Assembly (NCBI GenBank): GCA_016937995.1
Contig: JAFGVM010000064.1
Location: forward strand, 27,636 to 91,635
DNA from: Candidatus Delongbacteria bacterium
GTDB taxonomy: Bacteria; UBA4055
Reading direction: 5' to 3'
DNA: 64,000 bases
Below the pieces are notes generated by a model. It saw only the letters and a program-made list of their open reading frames with translations. It searched no databases and was not told where the DNA came from. The translations under genes and the position numbers were made by a program. Shown here piece after piece: positions 39,009 to 49,581 of the stretch. Numbering within the stretch: the stretch's first letter is position 1; the number at the start of each line of letters is the position of its first letter.

Positions 39009-39542
39009 ATGAAGAAAATCATTATTCTTGCTGTCGTTTTAGCAATTGTCAGCAGTTATGCTCAAAGATTGAAATGTATCACCACTATGTACGATAGTCC
39101 CAAAAAAGAAACTGTGATCTATGCTACATTCACTGATGGAAGTGTTTATTCAAGAGGCAGTGCTGATCAAAAATGGGATAAAGTGAGTATGGATGGAGTT
39201 CCTAAGGGAACCCGCTTCAAAGAGCTTACTGTAACTTATATCAACGGGGTTGCAGTTCTTTACGCACTTTCATACAAAGATGACATTTATTCTAGGATCA
39301 GTACTCAGGAAAAATGGGGTGTTATAGAGAAGAATGGTCTTCCTGCCGGAAGATTAGAGAATATTTCGGCTACAACAGCTGATAATGTTCTTGTTACTTA
39401 CGCAACTTATCCGAACGGAGATATATACTACAGAACAAACAAAGAAAAAGTTTGGATTAAAATTAACACAGATGGCTTACCAACAGATAAGAAAAAACCT
39501 GCTAAACCGATGAAACCCAAGAAACCTGTTAAGAACTTTTAA
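39009..39542 (+). CDS. Secreted protein with three ~50-aa beta-propeller-blade-like repeats and a Lys/Pro tail
   Basis: GGAG RBS, signal peptide and three YAxxxxxx(V/I)YxRxxxxxxWxxxxxxGxP repeats. Confidence 0.75.
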   Translation: MKKIIILAVVLAIVSSYAQRLKCITTMYDSPKKETVIYATFTDGSVYSRGSADQKWDKVSMDGVPKGTRFKELTVTYINGVAVLYALSYKDDIYSRISTQEKWGVIEKNGLPAGRLENISATTADNVLVTYATYPNGDIYYRTNKEKVWIKINTDGLPTDKKKPAKPMKPKKPVKNF

Positions 39543-39557
39543 TGATTTTGTTGAAAT

Positions 39558-39587
39558 AAAAAAAGGATAGCTGTTGCTATCCTTTTT
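39558..39587. terminator. Bidirectional intrinsic terminator
   Basis: AAAAAAAGGATAGC-TGTT-GCTATCCTTTTT. Confidence 0.85.
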
Positions 39588-39597
39588 CTTTTTTTGA

Positions 39598-40890
39598 TTA
39601 TAATTTTTTTGAGAACTGATACCACAGATCTGAAATTTCTTTTCGTTCAATAACAAATATCGATCTTACTGTGAATTTTTCTTTAATAACATACATCAGT
39701 ATATAAGACAATCCAAATATTGAGTATGAAGCAGTAGAAGCCCATGCAGCACCATTGATACCCAATACAGGGATAAGATATATATTCAGCACAAAATTGA
39801 CCGACAGTACAAGAAAAGCTGTTGCAAGATGAATGAACGGTTTTCCCTTGATAACAAAATAATGACTTCCTACTTTTCCAAATGTAAGAAAAAGAATACC
39901 GATCAGAAGTATTTTAACAACTTCAACTGAATCCTGATATTTTGCACCGTAAAGAATTTCAGAAGAAATTAAATTTACTCCAAAATATACCGGAATACTT
40001 ATCAATAACGTAATATAAAGCGAAAATTTCAAAGTTTTTGCTGTTAACATTCTGTATTCAGAACTATTAACGTCAAGATTATACAGTCTGGCTCTCAATG
40101 GATTTATTACGCTCATTGGTACCAACAGTATCATTTCAGCAATTCCAACACCGACTGAGTATAGACCGAGAGAGGTATCGTCGATATAGAATTTTATAAG
40201 CCACTGGTCCATTCTGTAGTTCAGATAGATAAAGAGTGCACCGAAATATACGACTATTCCATAGCTGATCTCTTCCAGAATTATCCTGAGATCGAACAGG
40301 AATTTGAATTTAATATTGATACTTTTTTTCATCATTATACAGCTGATGACACTTTTAAGAGAGAATACTATTAGGTAAGTTGTTACATTAAGATTTCCAG
40401 TAAGCCACAAAACGATGTATATAAAAATGATTAAGAATGAAGAATACAATGTGATCTTGTTCACTTGAATAATTTTCTCTTTACTTACGAACGTAGCATA
40501 TAGGAGATTATTTAGGAAAGTAAAAAATATTAGAGCAATGGAAGCTAAAGTGATTATTAGAAAACTATAGTCATTAAAAATTATACCGAAATATTTTAAT
40601 ATTACAAGAGTACCGGATATTAAGAATGAAATGATAAAAAGAAATGTAAAGTTAACTTTGAAGATCTGTTCAAGAGAGTGTTTTGATTTTCTCTGAAAAT
40701 AAGAAGTGGCATCAATTATTCCGATATGACCGAATTGAGCAAAGGCTGATAATGTCAGGATTAAAAATTTTGCATATCCAAGTTCTTTCGGTCCAAGACT
40801 TTTTGCTATTATCACACTCGTGAAAAAAGCCAGAAAGATATTTATTATCTTTGTGATAAAATCGAAAGATATATTTTTTTTATAACTCAT
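39598..40890 (-). CDS. wzx: Polysaccharide flippase Wzx
   Basis: MOP-family TM pattern; AKSLGPKELG, YRMDQWLI, LGLYSV and LIPVLGINGAAWAS. Confidence 0.85.
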   Translation of the reverse strand: MSYKKNISFDFITKIINIFLAFFTSVIIAKSLGPKELGYAKFLILTLSAFAQFGHIGIIDATSYFQRKSKHSLEQIFKVNFTFLFIISFLISGTLVILKYFGIIFNDYSFLIITLASIALIFFTFLNNLLYATFVSKEKIIQVNKITLYSSFLIIFIYIVLWLTGNLNVTTYLIVFSLKSVISCIMMKKSINIKFKFLFDLRIILEEISYGIVVYFGALFIYLNYRMDQWLIKFYIDDTSLGLYSVGVGIAEMILLVPMSVINPLRARLYNLDVNSSEYRMLTAKTLKFSLYITLLISIPVYFGVNLISSEILYGAKYQDSVEVVKILLIGILFLTFGKVGSHYFVIKGKPFIHLATAFLVLSVNFVLNIYLIPVLGINGAAWASTASYSIFGLSYILMYVIKEKFTVRSIFVIERKEISDLWYQFSKKL

Positions 40891-40901
40891 CTATATACAG
40901 G

Positions 40902-41381
40902 CTATTTAATGAATTTCTTTTTTAATCTTTCAACTACGATATGTGGGACAAAGTTCTTAATGTCAGCATTAAAGTTCGCAATTCCTTTTATGATGGATGA
41001 ATTGATGAAAGAATATTCGTTCTTTGGCATCAGGAAAACAGTTTCTATCTTTTCATCGAGCCTTCTGTTCATGATCGCCATTTGAAGTTCGTATTCAAAA
41101 TCCGCAAAAGCTCTTACACCTCTGACTAATATATTGATATCATGTTTTTTTGCATATTCAACAGTAAGTTCCGAATTTGAATCCACGGTGACATTGGAAA
41201 GATGTTTTACTGATTCAGTTATCATTTCGATCCTTTCATCCACGTCAAATAAAGGTTTTTTATGCGAATTTTCACCAACAAGTACAACAAGTTTACCGAA
41301 CATTCTGGATGCTCTTTCGATCAGGTCCAAGTGACCGTTAGTGATAGGATCGAACGTTCCCGGATATATTGCAGTTTTCAT
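40902..41381 (-). CDS. coaD: Phosphopantetheine adenylyltransferase
   Basis: YPGTFDPITNGH and RGVRAFADFEYE. Confidence 0.97.
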   Translation of the reverse strand: MKTAIYPGTFDPITNGHLDLIERASRMFGKLVVLVGENSHKKPLFDVDERIEMITESVKHLSNVTVDSNSELTVEYAKKHDINILVRGVRAFADFEYELQMAIMNRRLDEKIETVFLMPKNEYSFINSSIIKGIANFNADIKNFVPHIVVERLKKKFIK

Positions 41382-41611
41382 TTAAACCTCTCAGATAAAT
41401 TACTTCATTTCTCAAGATACAATTGAATTATAAAGAATTTAGTGGAAGATTACACTTAAAATTTTAACAATTTAAAAGATATATTTATAAAATAATAATT
41501 TGACTAAAAGATAAACGGTCATTATTTTTCGACCATAAATTACAATATCTATATAATTGAATATAGATGAGATAGGTGAAACTATACTTATGAAATAATA
41601 TAAATTGGAGA

Positions 41612-42937
41612 ATGTCGATGAAATACACTTTTAAAGGTGGATATCACCCTCCTGACGGGAAAGAATTCTCAGAGAAGAAGTCAATTGAAAAGATGCCACT
41701 ACCAAAGACCGTGGCAATTCATCTGCACCAACATATCGGTGCTCCTTCAAAAGCTATCGTAGCAATTGGGGATGAAGTAAAAGTAGGTCAGCCATTGAGT
41801 GAGGCAGGTGGATTTGTATCAATTCCTGTTCATGCTTCTATCTCAGGAAAAGTAAAAGCCATTGCAAAGATAACAGATGCAGGTGGCAATAAAAGTGATG
41901 CGGTCATCATTGAAAGTGATGAAAAAGATGAAATGTTCGAAGGTGTAGGGATTAAAGTTGATTATGATAACTTCACTGCTGACGAGATAAAGAAAAAAAT
42001 AGCTGCTTGCGGTATCGCAGGAATGGGTGGTGCCAGATTTCCTACCCACGTTAAGCTTTCACCACCGGCTGACAAGAAAATCGATTATATCATTCTTAAT
42101 GGTGTTGAATGTGAACCATATCTTACGGCTGATGACAGATTAATGCAGGAAAGTCCGGAAACTATCATAGAAGGTCTTAAGTTGATGATGAAAACCGTAA
42201 ATGCATCGAACGGTATCATCGGTATTGAAAAAAACAAGCCTGATTCAATAAAGATCATGACTGATAAAACTTCGTCAATAGATAATATCAAAGTTATTGA
42301 TCTTGAAGTGAAATATCCTCAGGGTGGAGAAAAACAGTTGATCTATGCTGCTATCAAGAAAGAAGTTCCGTCCGGTGGTCTTCCAATGGATGTTGGAGTA
42401 GTAGTTTCAAATGTAGGGACTGCAAATGCAGTATATGAAGCTGTTGCCTTAAATAAACCTTTCTATGAAAGAGTTGTTTCTGTAACTGGTGAATCTATTA
42501 AAGATCCAAAGAATGTTCTCGCTAGAATAGGTACACCATCTTCTGAACTTATTGAGTTTGCAGGTGGATTGAAGGAAGACATTTATAAAGTTGTAAATGG
42601 TGGACCTATGATGGGTGCTGCAATGTATGAAATGGAAGCACCTGTTCATAAGGGAACTTCGGGAATTCTTTGCCTGAGTAAAGAAAATGCAAAAGTATTT
42701 ACAGAACTTGCATGTATCAGCTGTGGTAAATGTGTTTCGGTCTGTCCTTTAAAACTTTTGCCTACTGACATTCAGCTTAATATTCAGCACGGTAAATATG
42801 AAGAATCTGAGAAACTGGGATTGTTAGACTGTATGTTATGTGGAACATGCGCGTATGTTTGTCCGTCAAAAAGAAATCTAGTTCACTGGTTCAATGTTGG
42901 AAAAGCAAAAATAGCAGAAATGAAAAGAAAAGCTTAA
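41612..42937 (+). CDS. rnfC: Rnf complex subunit C
   Basis: QHIGAP, GMGGARFPTHVK, ECEPYLTAD, YPQGGEK and two 4Fe-4S motifs. Confidence 0.96.
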   Translation: MSMKYTFKGGYHPPDGKEFSEKKSIEKMPLPKTVAIHLHQHIGAPSKAIVAIGDEVKVGQPLSEAGGFVSIPVHASISGKVKAIAKITDAGGNKSDAVIIESDEKDEMFEGVGIKVDYDNFTADEIKKKIAACGIAGMGGARFPTHVKLSPPADKKIDYIILNGVECEPYLTADDRLMQESPETIIEGLKLMMKTVNASNGIIGIEKNKPDSIKIMTDKTSSIDNIKVIDLEVKYPQGGEKQLIYAAIKKEVPSGGLPMDVGVVVSNVGTANAVYEAVALNKPFYERVVSVTGESIKDPKNVLARIGTPSSELIEFAGGLKEDIYKVVNGGPMMGAAMYEMEAPVHKGTSGILCLSKENAKVFTELACISCGKCVSVCPLKLLPTDIQLNIQHGKYEESEKLGLLDCMLCGTCAYVCPSKRNLVHWFNVGKAKIAEMKRKA

Positions 42938-42967
42938 TTAAAACTATTAAAATAAAAAGGTAAATAA

Positions 42968-43999
42968 ATGGATAAAATGTTAATTGTATCGGCTAATCCC
43001 CATATAAGAAGCAAAGCATCCGTGACCAAAATAATGCATATGGTAAATCTTTCATTGTTGCCGGCATTATTCATGTCTTACTATTACTTTGGTTTCAGAG
43101 CGATATTTTTGACTTTGGTCAGTGTTGTTTCAGCTGTTGTAACGGAAGCTGCAATTCAGAAATTCAGAAAAGTACCTGTGACAGTGTCTGACGGAAGTGC
43201 TATTCTTACCGGGATCCTTCTTGCATTCAATGTTCCTGCTTATATTCCATGGTGGATAGTTATGCTTGGATCATTTTTTGCGATAGCAATTGCAAAACAG
43301 GCATTCGGTGGTCTCGGTTTCAATATCTTCAACCCAGCTTTGATCGGAAGGGCTTTCATGCTTGCATCATGGCCGGTTGAAATGACATCAAATAAATTCT
43401 GGGCAAATCCAGTAGCGAGTTTTGGAGCTAAAACAGGTCAGACAATGGATGCAATTTCTTCAGCAACTCCACTTAATCTCGTAAAGACAGCATTAAAAGC
43501 TGATCCTACGCAAATCACCTGTGATATTCTTAGCAAAGCGAATGATGCAGGATATGCAGGAGCGACTTACTGGGATCTGTTTGTGGGTAATGTTTCAGGA
43601 TGTATCGGGGAAACTTCATTCCTTGCATTACTGATCGGAGTAATTTTCTTAATGATCTTAGGTCTTGTGAACTGGAGAGTACCTTTCTTCTACATAGGCG
43701 GAGTATTTGTATTCACATGGTTACTGGGATATGATCCTGTATTCCATATACTGGCAGGTGGACTTGCATTAGGAGCATTCTATATGGCTACTGATATGGT
43801 AACCTCACCTATATCGAACAAAGGAAATATAATTTTTGCAATAGGTCTTGCATTTTTCACGGTAGCAATAAGGATCTGGGGTGGATATCCTGAAGGTGTA
43901 TCATATTCGATACTGCTTATGAACTGTGCAGTGCCATTGATAAATAAATTCACAGTACCTAAAAAATTCGGGTGCGTTAAACCGGTAAAAGCTAACTAA
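42968..43999 (+). CDS. rnfD: Rnf complex subunit D
   Basis: FGGLGFNIFNPAL, SATPL FMN site, GCIGETS and MATDMVTSP. Confidence 0.96.
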   Translation: MDKMLIVSANPHIRSKASVTKIMHMVNLSLLPALFMSYYYFGFRAIFLTLVSVVSAVVTEAAIQKFRKVPVTVSDGSAILTGILLAFNVPAYIPWWIVMLGSFFAIAIAKQAFGGLGFNIFNPALIGRAFMLASWPVEMTSNKFWANPVASFGAKTGQTMDAISSATPLNLVKTALKADPTQITCDILSKANDAGYAGATYWDLFVGNVSGCIGETSFLALLIGVIFLMILGLVNWRVPFFYIGGVFVFTWLLGYDPVFHILAGGLALGAFYMATDMVTSPISNKGNIIFAIGLAFFTVAIRIWGGYPEGVSYSILLMNCAVPLINKFTVPKKFGCVKPVKAN

Positions 44000-44009
44000 A
44001 GGAGCAGTA

Positions 44010-44765
44010 ATGGGAAACATTATAAAATTATCATCCATTCTCTTTTTTGTTGCGGGAATCGCAGCAGGCAGTTTAGCTTTTTACAACAGCTTTACTAAGC
44101 CTGAAATAGCGAAACTGAAGGCTGAGAATGAAACAAAAGCAAGGGGTTATGTTCTTCAGGGATTAATTCCTGATGATCAGATACCTGGACTGATATATGA
44201 AGAAGGGCAAATTGAAATTAACGGAATGAAGGAAAAGTTCTGGAAAGTCAAAACTCCAGGTTCAAACCAGTACAAAGCTCTGGTATTTCTGGCAAAAGGT
44301 CAGGGATTTTCAGGAGTTGTCGAGACAATGGTAGCTACCGACATGAACTTCAAGATAAACGGAATTAAAGTTCTGAAACATACTGAAACACCCGGACTGG
44401 GTGCTGAAGCTCAAACTGTAAAGTACGGAGATACAAAACCGTTTTTTGAAGGGTGGTTCAAAGAGAAGAACTCTTTAAATGTTATTGTTGAAAAAGATGA
44501 TCCGAATTCTGCCGATAAAGTTCAGTCAATTACCGGAGCAACTATAACAACAAGGGCAGTATGTAACAGTATCAACAAATATGCTGAATTAGTTAAGAAG
44601 CAAATGGGAGCTGTACAGGGACAGATCGTTATTGATCAGTCAAAAGTAGTTTCAGTAGACAGAGAAGCGATCATGAAAGCCAGGGCTGAAGCGGCAGCAA
44701 AGGCCGAAGCAGAAAAAGATACTACTGTTACGGAAGATACTCCAGAAGGAGGTAAAGATGAATAA
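44010..44765 (+). CDS. rnfG: Rnf complex subunit G
   Basis: HTETPGLG and ITGATIT FMN site. Confidence 0.95.
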   Translation: MGNIIKLSSILFFVAGIAAGSLAFYNSFTKPEIAKLKAENETKARGYVLQGLIPDDQIPGLIYEEGQIEINGMKEKFWKVKTPGSNQYKALVFLAKGQGFSGVVETMVATDMNFKINGIKVLKHTETPGLGAEAQTVKYGDTKPFFEGWFKEKNSLNVIVEKDDPNSADKVQSITGATITTRAVCNSINKYAELVKKQMGAVQGQIVIDQSKVVSVDREAIMKARAEAAAKAEAEKDTTVTEDTPEGGKDE

Positions 44766-45381
44766 ATTACAGAATTTTACTAAAGGGTTCTTCAAAGAGA
44801 ATCCTGTGCTTGTACTGGCTCTTGGTCTTTGTCCGTCTTTGGCTGTTACAACTTCAATTGAGAATGGCCTGGGTATGGGAATGGCATCAACTGCAGTTCT
44901 TGTAGGATCAAGTACACTGGTGTCAATGCTGAAGAAGTATATTCCAGGAAGTATAAGAATACCTATATTTATCGTAATAATTGCAACATTCGTAACATTG
45001 ATAGATTTAACACTTCAGGCTTTTATTCCCTCATTGAGTGAGTCACTAGGTCTGTTCATCCCTCTTATAGTTGTAAATTGTATTATTCTGGGAAGAGCTG
45101 AGGCATTTGCTTCAAAGAAAAGTGTTCTGGACTCGATCATTGATGCTATAGGAATGGGTATAGGTTTCACAATAGCACTTGTGCTTATCAGTGCTGTAAG
45201 AGAGTTTGCCGGAACAGGAGCTCTTTACGGATATCCTTTATTCCAGTTAATGGGAATTGAAGGTTTTAAGGGTTCTATTCTGATGATACTGCCTCCGGGA
45301 GGTTTTTTGACAATGGGATTGATCCTAGGTTTCATGCAGTGGAATAAAGTTAGAAAAGCAAAAAATACGGGAGGTAAATAA
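44758..45381 (+). CDS. rnfE: Rnf complex subunit E
   Basis: LGLCPSLAV and IPLIVVNCIILGRAE. Confidence 0.96.
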   Translation: MNKLQNFTKGFFKENPVLVLALGLCPSLAVTTSIENGLGMGMASTAVLVGSSTLVSMLKKYIPGSIRIPIFIVIIATFVTLIDLTLQAFIPSLSESLGLFIPLIVVNCIILGRAEAFASKKSVLDSIIDAIGMGIGFTIALVLISAVREFAGTGALYGYPLFQLMGIEGFKGSILMILPPGGFLTMGLILGFMQWNKVRKAKNTGGK

Positions 45382-45986
45382 TGGATTTTTCACATCTCGT
45401 GGTCATAGCTGTATCGTCTATATTTATAAACAATTTCGTTCTGGGTAGATTTTTGGGTATCTGTCCATTCATTGGTGTATCAAAGAAAATTGACAGTGCT
45501 CTTGGAATGGGAATGGCGGTAATATTTGTTATGACTCTGGCATCAGTAGTTACTTATCTTATTCAGACTTTTGTACTTGTAAGGTTTGAACTTCAGTACC
45601 TGCAAACTATAGCGTTTATCCTGGTTATTGCTTCTCTTGTCCAATTCATAGAAATGTTCATGAAGAAAAATATGCCAGCTCTATATCAGTCTTTAGGTGT
45701 ATTTCTTCCTTTGATCACTACAAATTGTGCAGTACTGGGTGTGGCTATTCTTAATATAGATGCTACCTGGGCTGACGGCTCTCACTATAACTTTATTGAA
45801 TCAACCTGGAACGGATTCACAGCAGGAATCGGATTTACAATAGCATTGTTGCTTATGGCAGGTATCAGAGAAAGATTAGAGCTTGCAGATATTCCTGAAA
45901 GTATGAAGGGAACACCTATTACTTTTATATCAGCAAGTCTTATAGCAATGGCTTTTCTGGGATTCAGCGGAATGAGTATTATGTAA
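45381..45986 (+). CDS. rnfA: Rnf complex subunit A
   Basis: FLGICPF and LPLITTNCAVLG. Confidence 0.96.
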   Translation: MDFSHLVVIAVSSIFINNFVLGRFLGICPFIGVSKKIDSALGMGMAVIFVMTLASVVTYLIQTFVLVRFELQYLQTIAFILVIASLVQFIEMFMKKNMPALYQSLGVFLPLITTNCAVLGVAILNIDATWADGSHYNFIESTWNGFTAGIGFTIALLLMAGIRERLELADIPESMKGTPITFISASLIAMAFLGFSGMSIM

Positions 45987-46046
45987 ATGAGTGATTAGTG
46001 GTTAGTGGCTTGTTTCTGAATAATTCTAACTACTAAATTCTAAATT
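45985..46046 (+). repeat. Complementary heptamer tracts between rnfA and rnfB
   Basis: TGAGTGA-TTAGTGG-TTAGTGG ... CTAACTA-CTAAATT-CTAAATT. Confidence 0.6.
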
Positions 46047-46072
46047 AAACGATTTTTATTGGAGATAAATAA

Positions 46073-47020
46073 ATGGATACAACTCAAATAATAACTGCTT
46101 TTTTATCGGTCGGACTGATCGGAGCTATTCTGGGAGCTGTTCTCGCTTATGCCTCTAAAGTATTCCATGTTGAGGTTGATCCCAAAGTTGAGAAAATTGC
46201 TGAAATATTACCACAGGCTAATTGTGGAGCATGTGGTTATCCCGGATGTTCAGGTTATGCTGATGCAGTGGTCACTAAAGGAACTGATATTACTCTATGT
46301 TCACCAGGGGGACAAGATGTTATTGATCAAATAGCATCAATTATGGGAGTAGAAGCAACTGCTGGAAAAGCAATGGTTGCGTATTGTGCTTGTAACGGTA
46401 CAAAAGAAAACGCAAAAGACAGATTTGAATATTACGGACCTGAAAAATGTAGTAGTGCTGTATTTGTTTCGGGTGGACATAAAGCTTGTGATTATGGATG
46501 TTTAGGTTTCGGAGAATGCGTAGAAGCCTGTACATTCGGAGCTATGTATATGGATGAAAAAACAGGCTTACCTGTTGTCATAGATGAAAAATGTGTTGGT
46601 TGTGGAGCTTGTGTAAGAGCATGTCCTAAAGATGTTATGAAACTTATGCCTAAAGACAGCAAAGTATACATTGCTTGTAATTCAAAAGCTAAAGGTAAAG
46701 AAGTAAGTGATTCATGTAAAGTTGGATGTATCGGTTGTAAGATATGTACTTTACCGAATACTACCCCTTCAGGAGCTGTTAAAATGGAAGGCGATCTTCC
46801 TGTCATTAATTATGAATTACCTGATGATCTTGTTGCAGCTAAATATAAATGTCCTAAATCATGTTTTATTGATAAAGGTGATGCTGAGAAGTCTGCTGAA
46901 GAGATCGCTAAAGAGAAAGCTGACTGGAAAGCTGCTGACGCTGAAAAGACAGCTGCGGCAAAGAAAGCTGCGTTGGAAAAAGCAGAAGCTGCTAAGGCTG
47001 CAAAAGAAGCGGGAATGTAA
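46073..47020 (+). CDS. rnfB: Rnf complex subunit B
   Basis: LPQANCGACGYPGC, multiple Fe-S motifs and an Ala/Lys/Glu-rich tail. Confidence 0.95.
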   Translation: MDTTQIITAFLSVGLIGAILGAVLAYASKVFHVEVDPKVEKIAEILPQANCGACGYPGCSGYADAVVTKGTDITLCSPGGQDVIDQIASIMGVEATAGKAMVAYCACNGTKENAKDRFEYYGPEKCSSAVFVSGGHKACDYGCLGFGECVEACTFGAMYMDEKTGLPVVIDEKCVGCGACVRACPKDVMKLMPKDSKVYIACNSKAKGKEVSDSCKVGCIGCKICTLPNTTPSGAVKMEGDLPVINYELPDDLVAAKYKCPKSCFIDKGDAEKSAEEIAKEKADWKAADAEKTAAAKKAALEKAEAAKAAKEAGM

Positions 47021-47055
47021 TTGTATTTTGACAATTAAATTTAAGTCAATAAATG

Positions 47056-47083
47056 AAGGGTGATCGGTTGTCACCCTCTTTTT
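47056..47083 (+). terminator. Intrinsic terminator of the rnf operon
   Basis: AGGGTGA-TCGGTTG-TCACCCT-CTTTTT. Confidence 0.75.
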
Positions 47084-47759
47084 ATTCACCGAGTTTAATC
47101 TTTTCCAGAGTTTCAAATTCAGGTACAGGAGTTGTAATATCAACTTTTACTAAATTTATAAGATCTACATTTATACTACCGAAATTCATATTTCTAATTT
47201 TTTTTACTGCTTTTACAAAGTCACCAACATTATCATTTTTGAAATTCCCTAATGCTATATGCGGGATATAATTTTCAAGGTCTCTTTCTGGATAAGTTAC
47301 AATATTATTTGTTTCACATATTATCCTGTTGAGCTCTTCTAAATTACCATCATCTTCTATCTGGGCAAATAAAACTGAGGGAAATAAATTCAGCATTTTA
47401 ACGTTAGCTTTAAAGTTTTTGATCCAGGTTAATTTTGTTTTCAGGTTAAGAAGAATATCATCAATTTCATTCAAAGTATAATCAGAAGGATCTTCTTCAT
47501 TGCTTATTGCCCCAAGTATTTTTATCGTAACATGAAAATACTCTTTGGGAAAGGGATTGTAGCAATCAAAGATAGAAAGTTTATCATTAATTTTAGTAAG
47601 TTTATCTGTAAATAACGGGTCTTTGATCTTATAGATCAGACCAACACGTCTTTTATCTTTGGCAAAGCTATCTAAACTCCAGGCTCTGCTTTTTGCGATC
47701 AAAGGTTTAAAATTATTCCGGTTTTCCCAGAATTCTTTCAGTTTCTGTTCATTGTTCAT
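47082..47759 (-). CDS. 2H phosphoesterase (2'-5' RNA ligase/LigT-like)
   Basis: FHVTI and YIPHIAL motifs. Confidence 0.75.
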   Translation of the reverse strand: MNNEQKLKEFWENRNNFKPLIAKSRAWSLDSFAKDKRRVGLIYKIKDPLFTDKLTKINDKLSIFDCYNPFPKEYFHVTIKILGAISNEEDPSDYTLNEIDDILLNLKTKLTWIKNFKANVKMLNLFPSVLFAQIEDDGNLEELNRIICETNNIVTYPERDLENYIPHIALGNFKNDNVGDFVKAVKKIRNMNFGSINVDLINLVKVDITTPVPEFETLEKIKLGE

Positions 47760-47909
47760 TTTATTTTATCTTTTTTCAGGTTATAATTCCTTCATTCATA
47801 TTGTAAAGATATGTTTTTCTTGCTCTTTTTCCAATTATTTATATTTTACACTGGATAATTCAATGATATAATGATACAATATTAAAGAGTAACTACAAGA
47901 AGGTATATA

Positions 47910-48527
47910 ATGAATAAAATAATAAAACTTACATTCTCATTCTTTTTTCAAGGTTTGCTGGCTTTGTTACCTTTGATAGTTTCAGCTTATATTATTTTCT
48001 TCTTTTACGGTTTTGTGGAACGGATACTTGATGGTCTTTTTGTATTTGTTCCTGAAGAATTCAGGCAAACTACTCAAATGATAGTAATAATTAAGATCAT
48101 GTCATTCATCGTAATGTTCTGCCTAATAACTCTTCTTGGTTTATTTGTTAAGACTGTGGCAGGTAAACTGCTGCTTTCTCTTATTGATTCATTCTTTATG
48201 TCTATACCAGGGCTTAGACCGGTATATCGAGCTACCAGACAGGTAATTCATTCATTTTCCAGTTCAAAAACATCTTTCTTCTTAAATCCGGTTCTTGTTG
48301 AATATCCGTCAAAAGGTATCTGGACGATTGGTTTTAATACTGGAGTAGTGCCTGACGAATTTAATCCTGAAAAGGAAATAAAACGATTTTCTATTTTTAT
48401 ACCTACTACTCCTAATCCTACAAGCGGATTCTTGATGATAGTTAACAATGATCAGATAAGACCTTTAAAAATGAAGACTGAAAAAGCAATGCAGTTCTTA
48501 TTAACCGGTGGTGTAGTAAAAGATTGA
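47910..48527 (+). CDS. DUF502 family membrane protein
   Basis: IPGLRPVY, VLVEYP and FIPTTPNPTSGFL. Confidence 0.9.
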   Translation: MNKIIKLTFSFFFQGLLALLPLIVSAYIIFFFYGFVERILDGLFVFVPEEFRQTTQMIVIIKIMSFIVMFCLITLLGLFVKTVAGKLLLSLIDSFFMSIPGLRPVYRATRQVIHSFSSSKTSFFLNPVLVEYPSKGIWTIGFNTGVVPDEFNPEKEIKRFSIFIPTTPNPTSGFLMIVNNDQIRPLKMKTEKAMQFLLTGGVVKD

Positions 48528-49441
48528 TATTTCTATTTCTTGCAATATTAAGCAGTGCATCGATAGCAATGATCCTAAAGTTCAGTGAAACAAAGAACTT
48601 TAACCGTTATGCAGTTACAACTATGAATTATGTTGTGGCATTTTCGATCAGTCTTGCATTAAGCCCATTGAGCACTTCAGGGGAACTATCATTCTCTCTT
48701 AGTTCAATGATGAGTGAATTCAGTCTTGTTTCAGCAGATAAATTATCATTATCAGGAAGTTTCACCTGGGCAATTATTACAGGTTTAGCAGGGGGAGTTC
48801 TTTATTTTCTTGGATTTATCTATATTCAGAAGAGTATTAGAATTAACGGTGTTGGTATAACAGGTGCAGTAGGAAAAATAGGTATTCTTATTCCAATGCT
48901 TATTTCTTTATTCTTATGGAAAGAGATACCAAACACTATCCAGACGGCTGGTATTATTCTTGCGATCTCTGCGATCGTTCTAATAAATATTTCATTCAAA
49001 GATATTAAGAATCTGAAAGGTTTTAACTATATTATAGTTCTTTTATTTTTTATTGCAGGTTTTGCTGAATTCTCAAATAAGATATTTGAGAAGTATTCTC
49101 TGCTGGAGCATAGATCGTTCTATTTATTTACAGTGTTCTTTTCAGCATTCTGGATCAGTTTGTTTTTTACAGTAAAAGAGCTTAAGAAAGGTGTTAAGAT
49201 CACGAGGAACGATATTCTTACAGGTTTCCTTGTTGGAATACCGAATATGTTCGCATCATATTTTCTGATAATGTCATTCGAATATTATAAAGCAACAGTT
49301 GCATTTCCCATTTACAGTTCAGGATCTATATTGTTGATCAGTGTTGGTGGAGTAGTTCTTTTTCAGGAAAGATTAAAAAGAAAGGAGTTCGTTGCGATTT
49401 TTATGATCATCACCGCTGTTGTATTGATGAGTATCAGGTAA
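48524..49441 (+). CDS. EamA/DMT family transporter
   Basis: About 10 TM helices in two repeats, LWKE and LFQERL motifs; TTG start overlaps the upstream stop. Confidence 0.85.
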   Translation: MIFLFLAILSSASIAMILKFSETKNFNRYAVTTMNYVVAFSISLALSPLSTSGELSFSLSSMMSEFSLVSADKLSLSGSFTWAIITGLAGGVLYFLGFIYIQKSIRINGVGITGAVGKIGILIPMLISLFLWKEIPNTIQTAGIILAISAIVLINISFKDIKNLKGFNYIIVLLFFIAGFAEFSNKIFEKYSLLEHRSFYLFTVFFSAFWISLFFTVKELKKGVKITRNDILTGFLVGIPNMFASYFLIMSFEYYKATVAFPIYSSGSILLISVGGVVLFQERLKRKEFVAIFMIITAVVLMSIR

Positions 49442-49581
49442 TGATAAAAAAAATAAAACTTGAAATAAAATAATTTATTCTTTATAATTGAATAGAATAA
49501 TTATTGATGATAACAATTCAATATAATTAAAAAAGCTTGCTTGTTAATAAAAAGATCTGTTTTAAAAAAGAGGAAATTAGA

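Noticed and set aside
41400..41611. Possible Rex operator or riboswitch upstream of rnfC (ATCTATAT-N6-ATATAGAT seen near 41547-41568)
   Set aside because: It does not match TTGTGAA-N4-TTCACAA or a riboswitch I recognise, and AT-rich palindromes arise easily by chance.
47082..47759. 2H phosphoesterase as the off-switch for the cyclase-STAND proteins
   Set aside because: It is over 20 kb away with no operon link, and the family has many unrelated roles.
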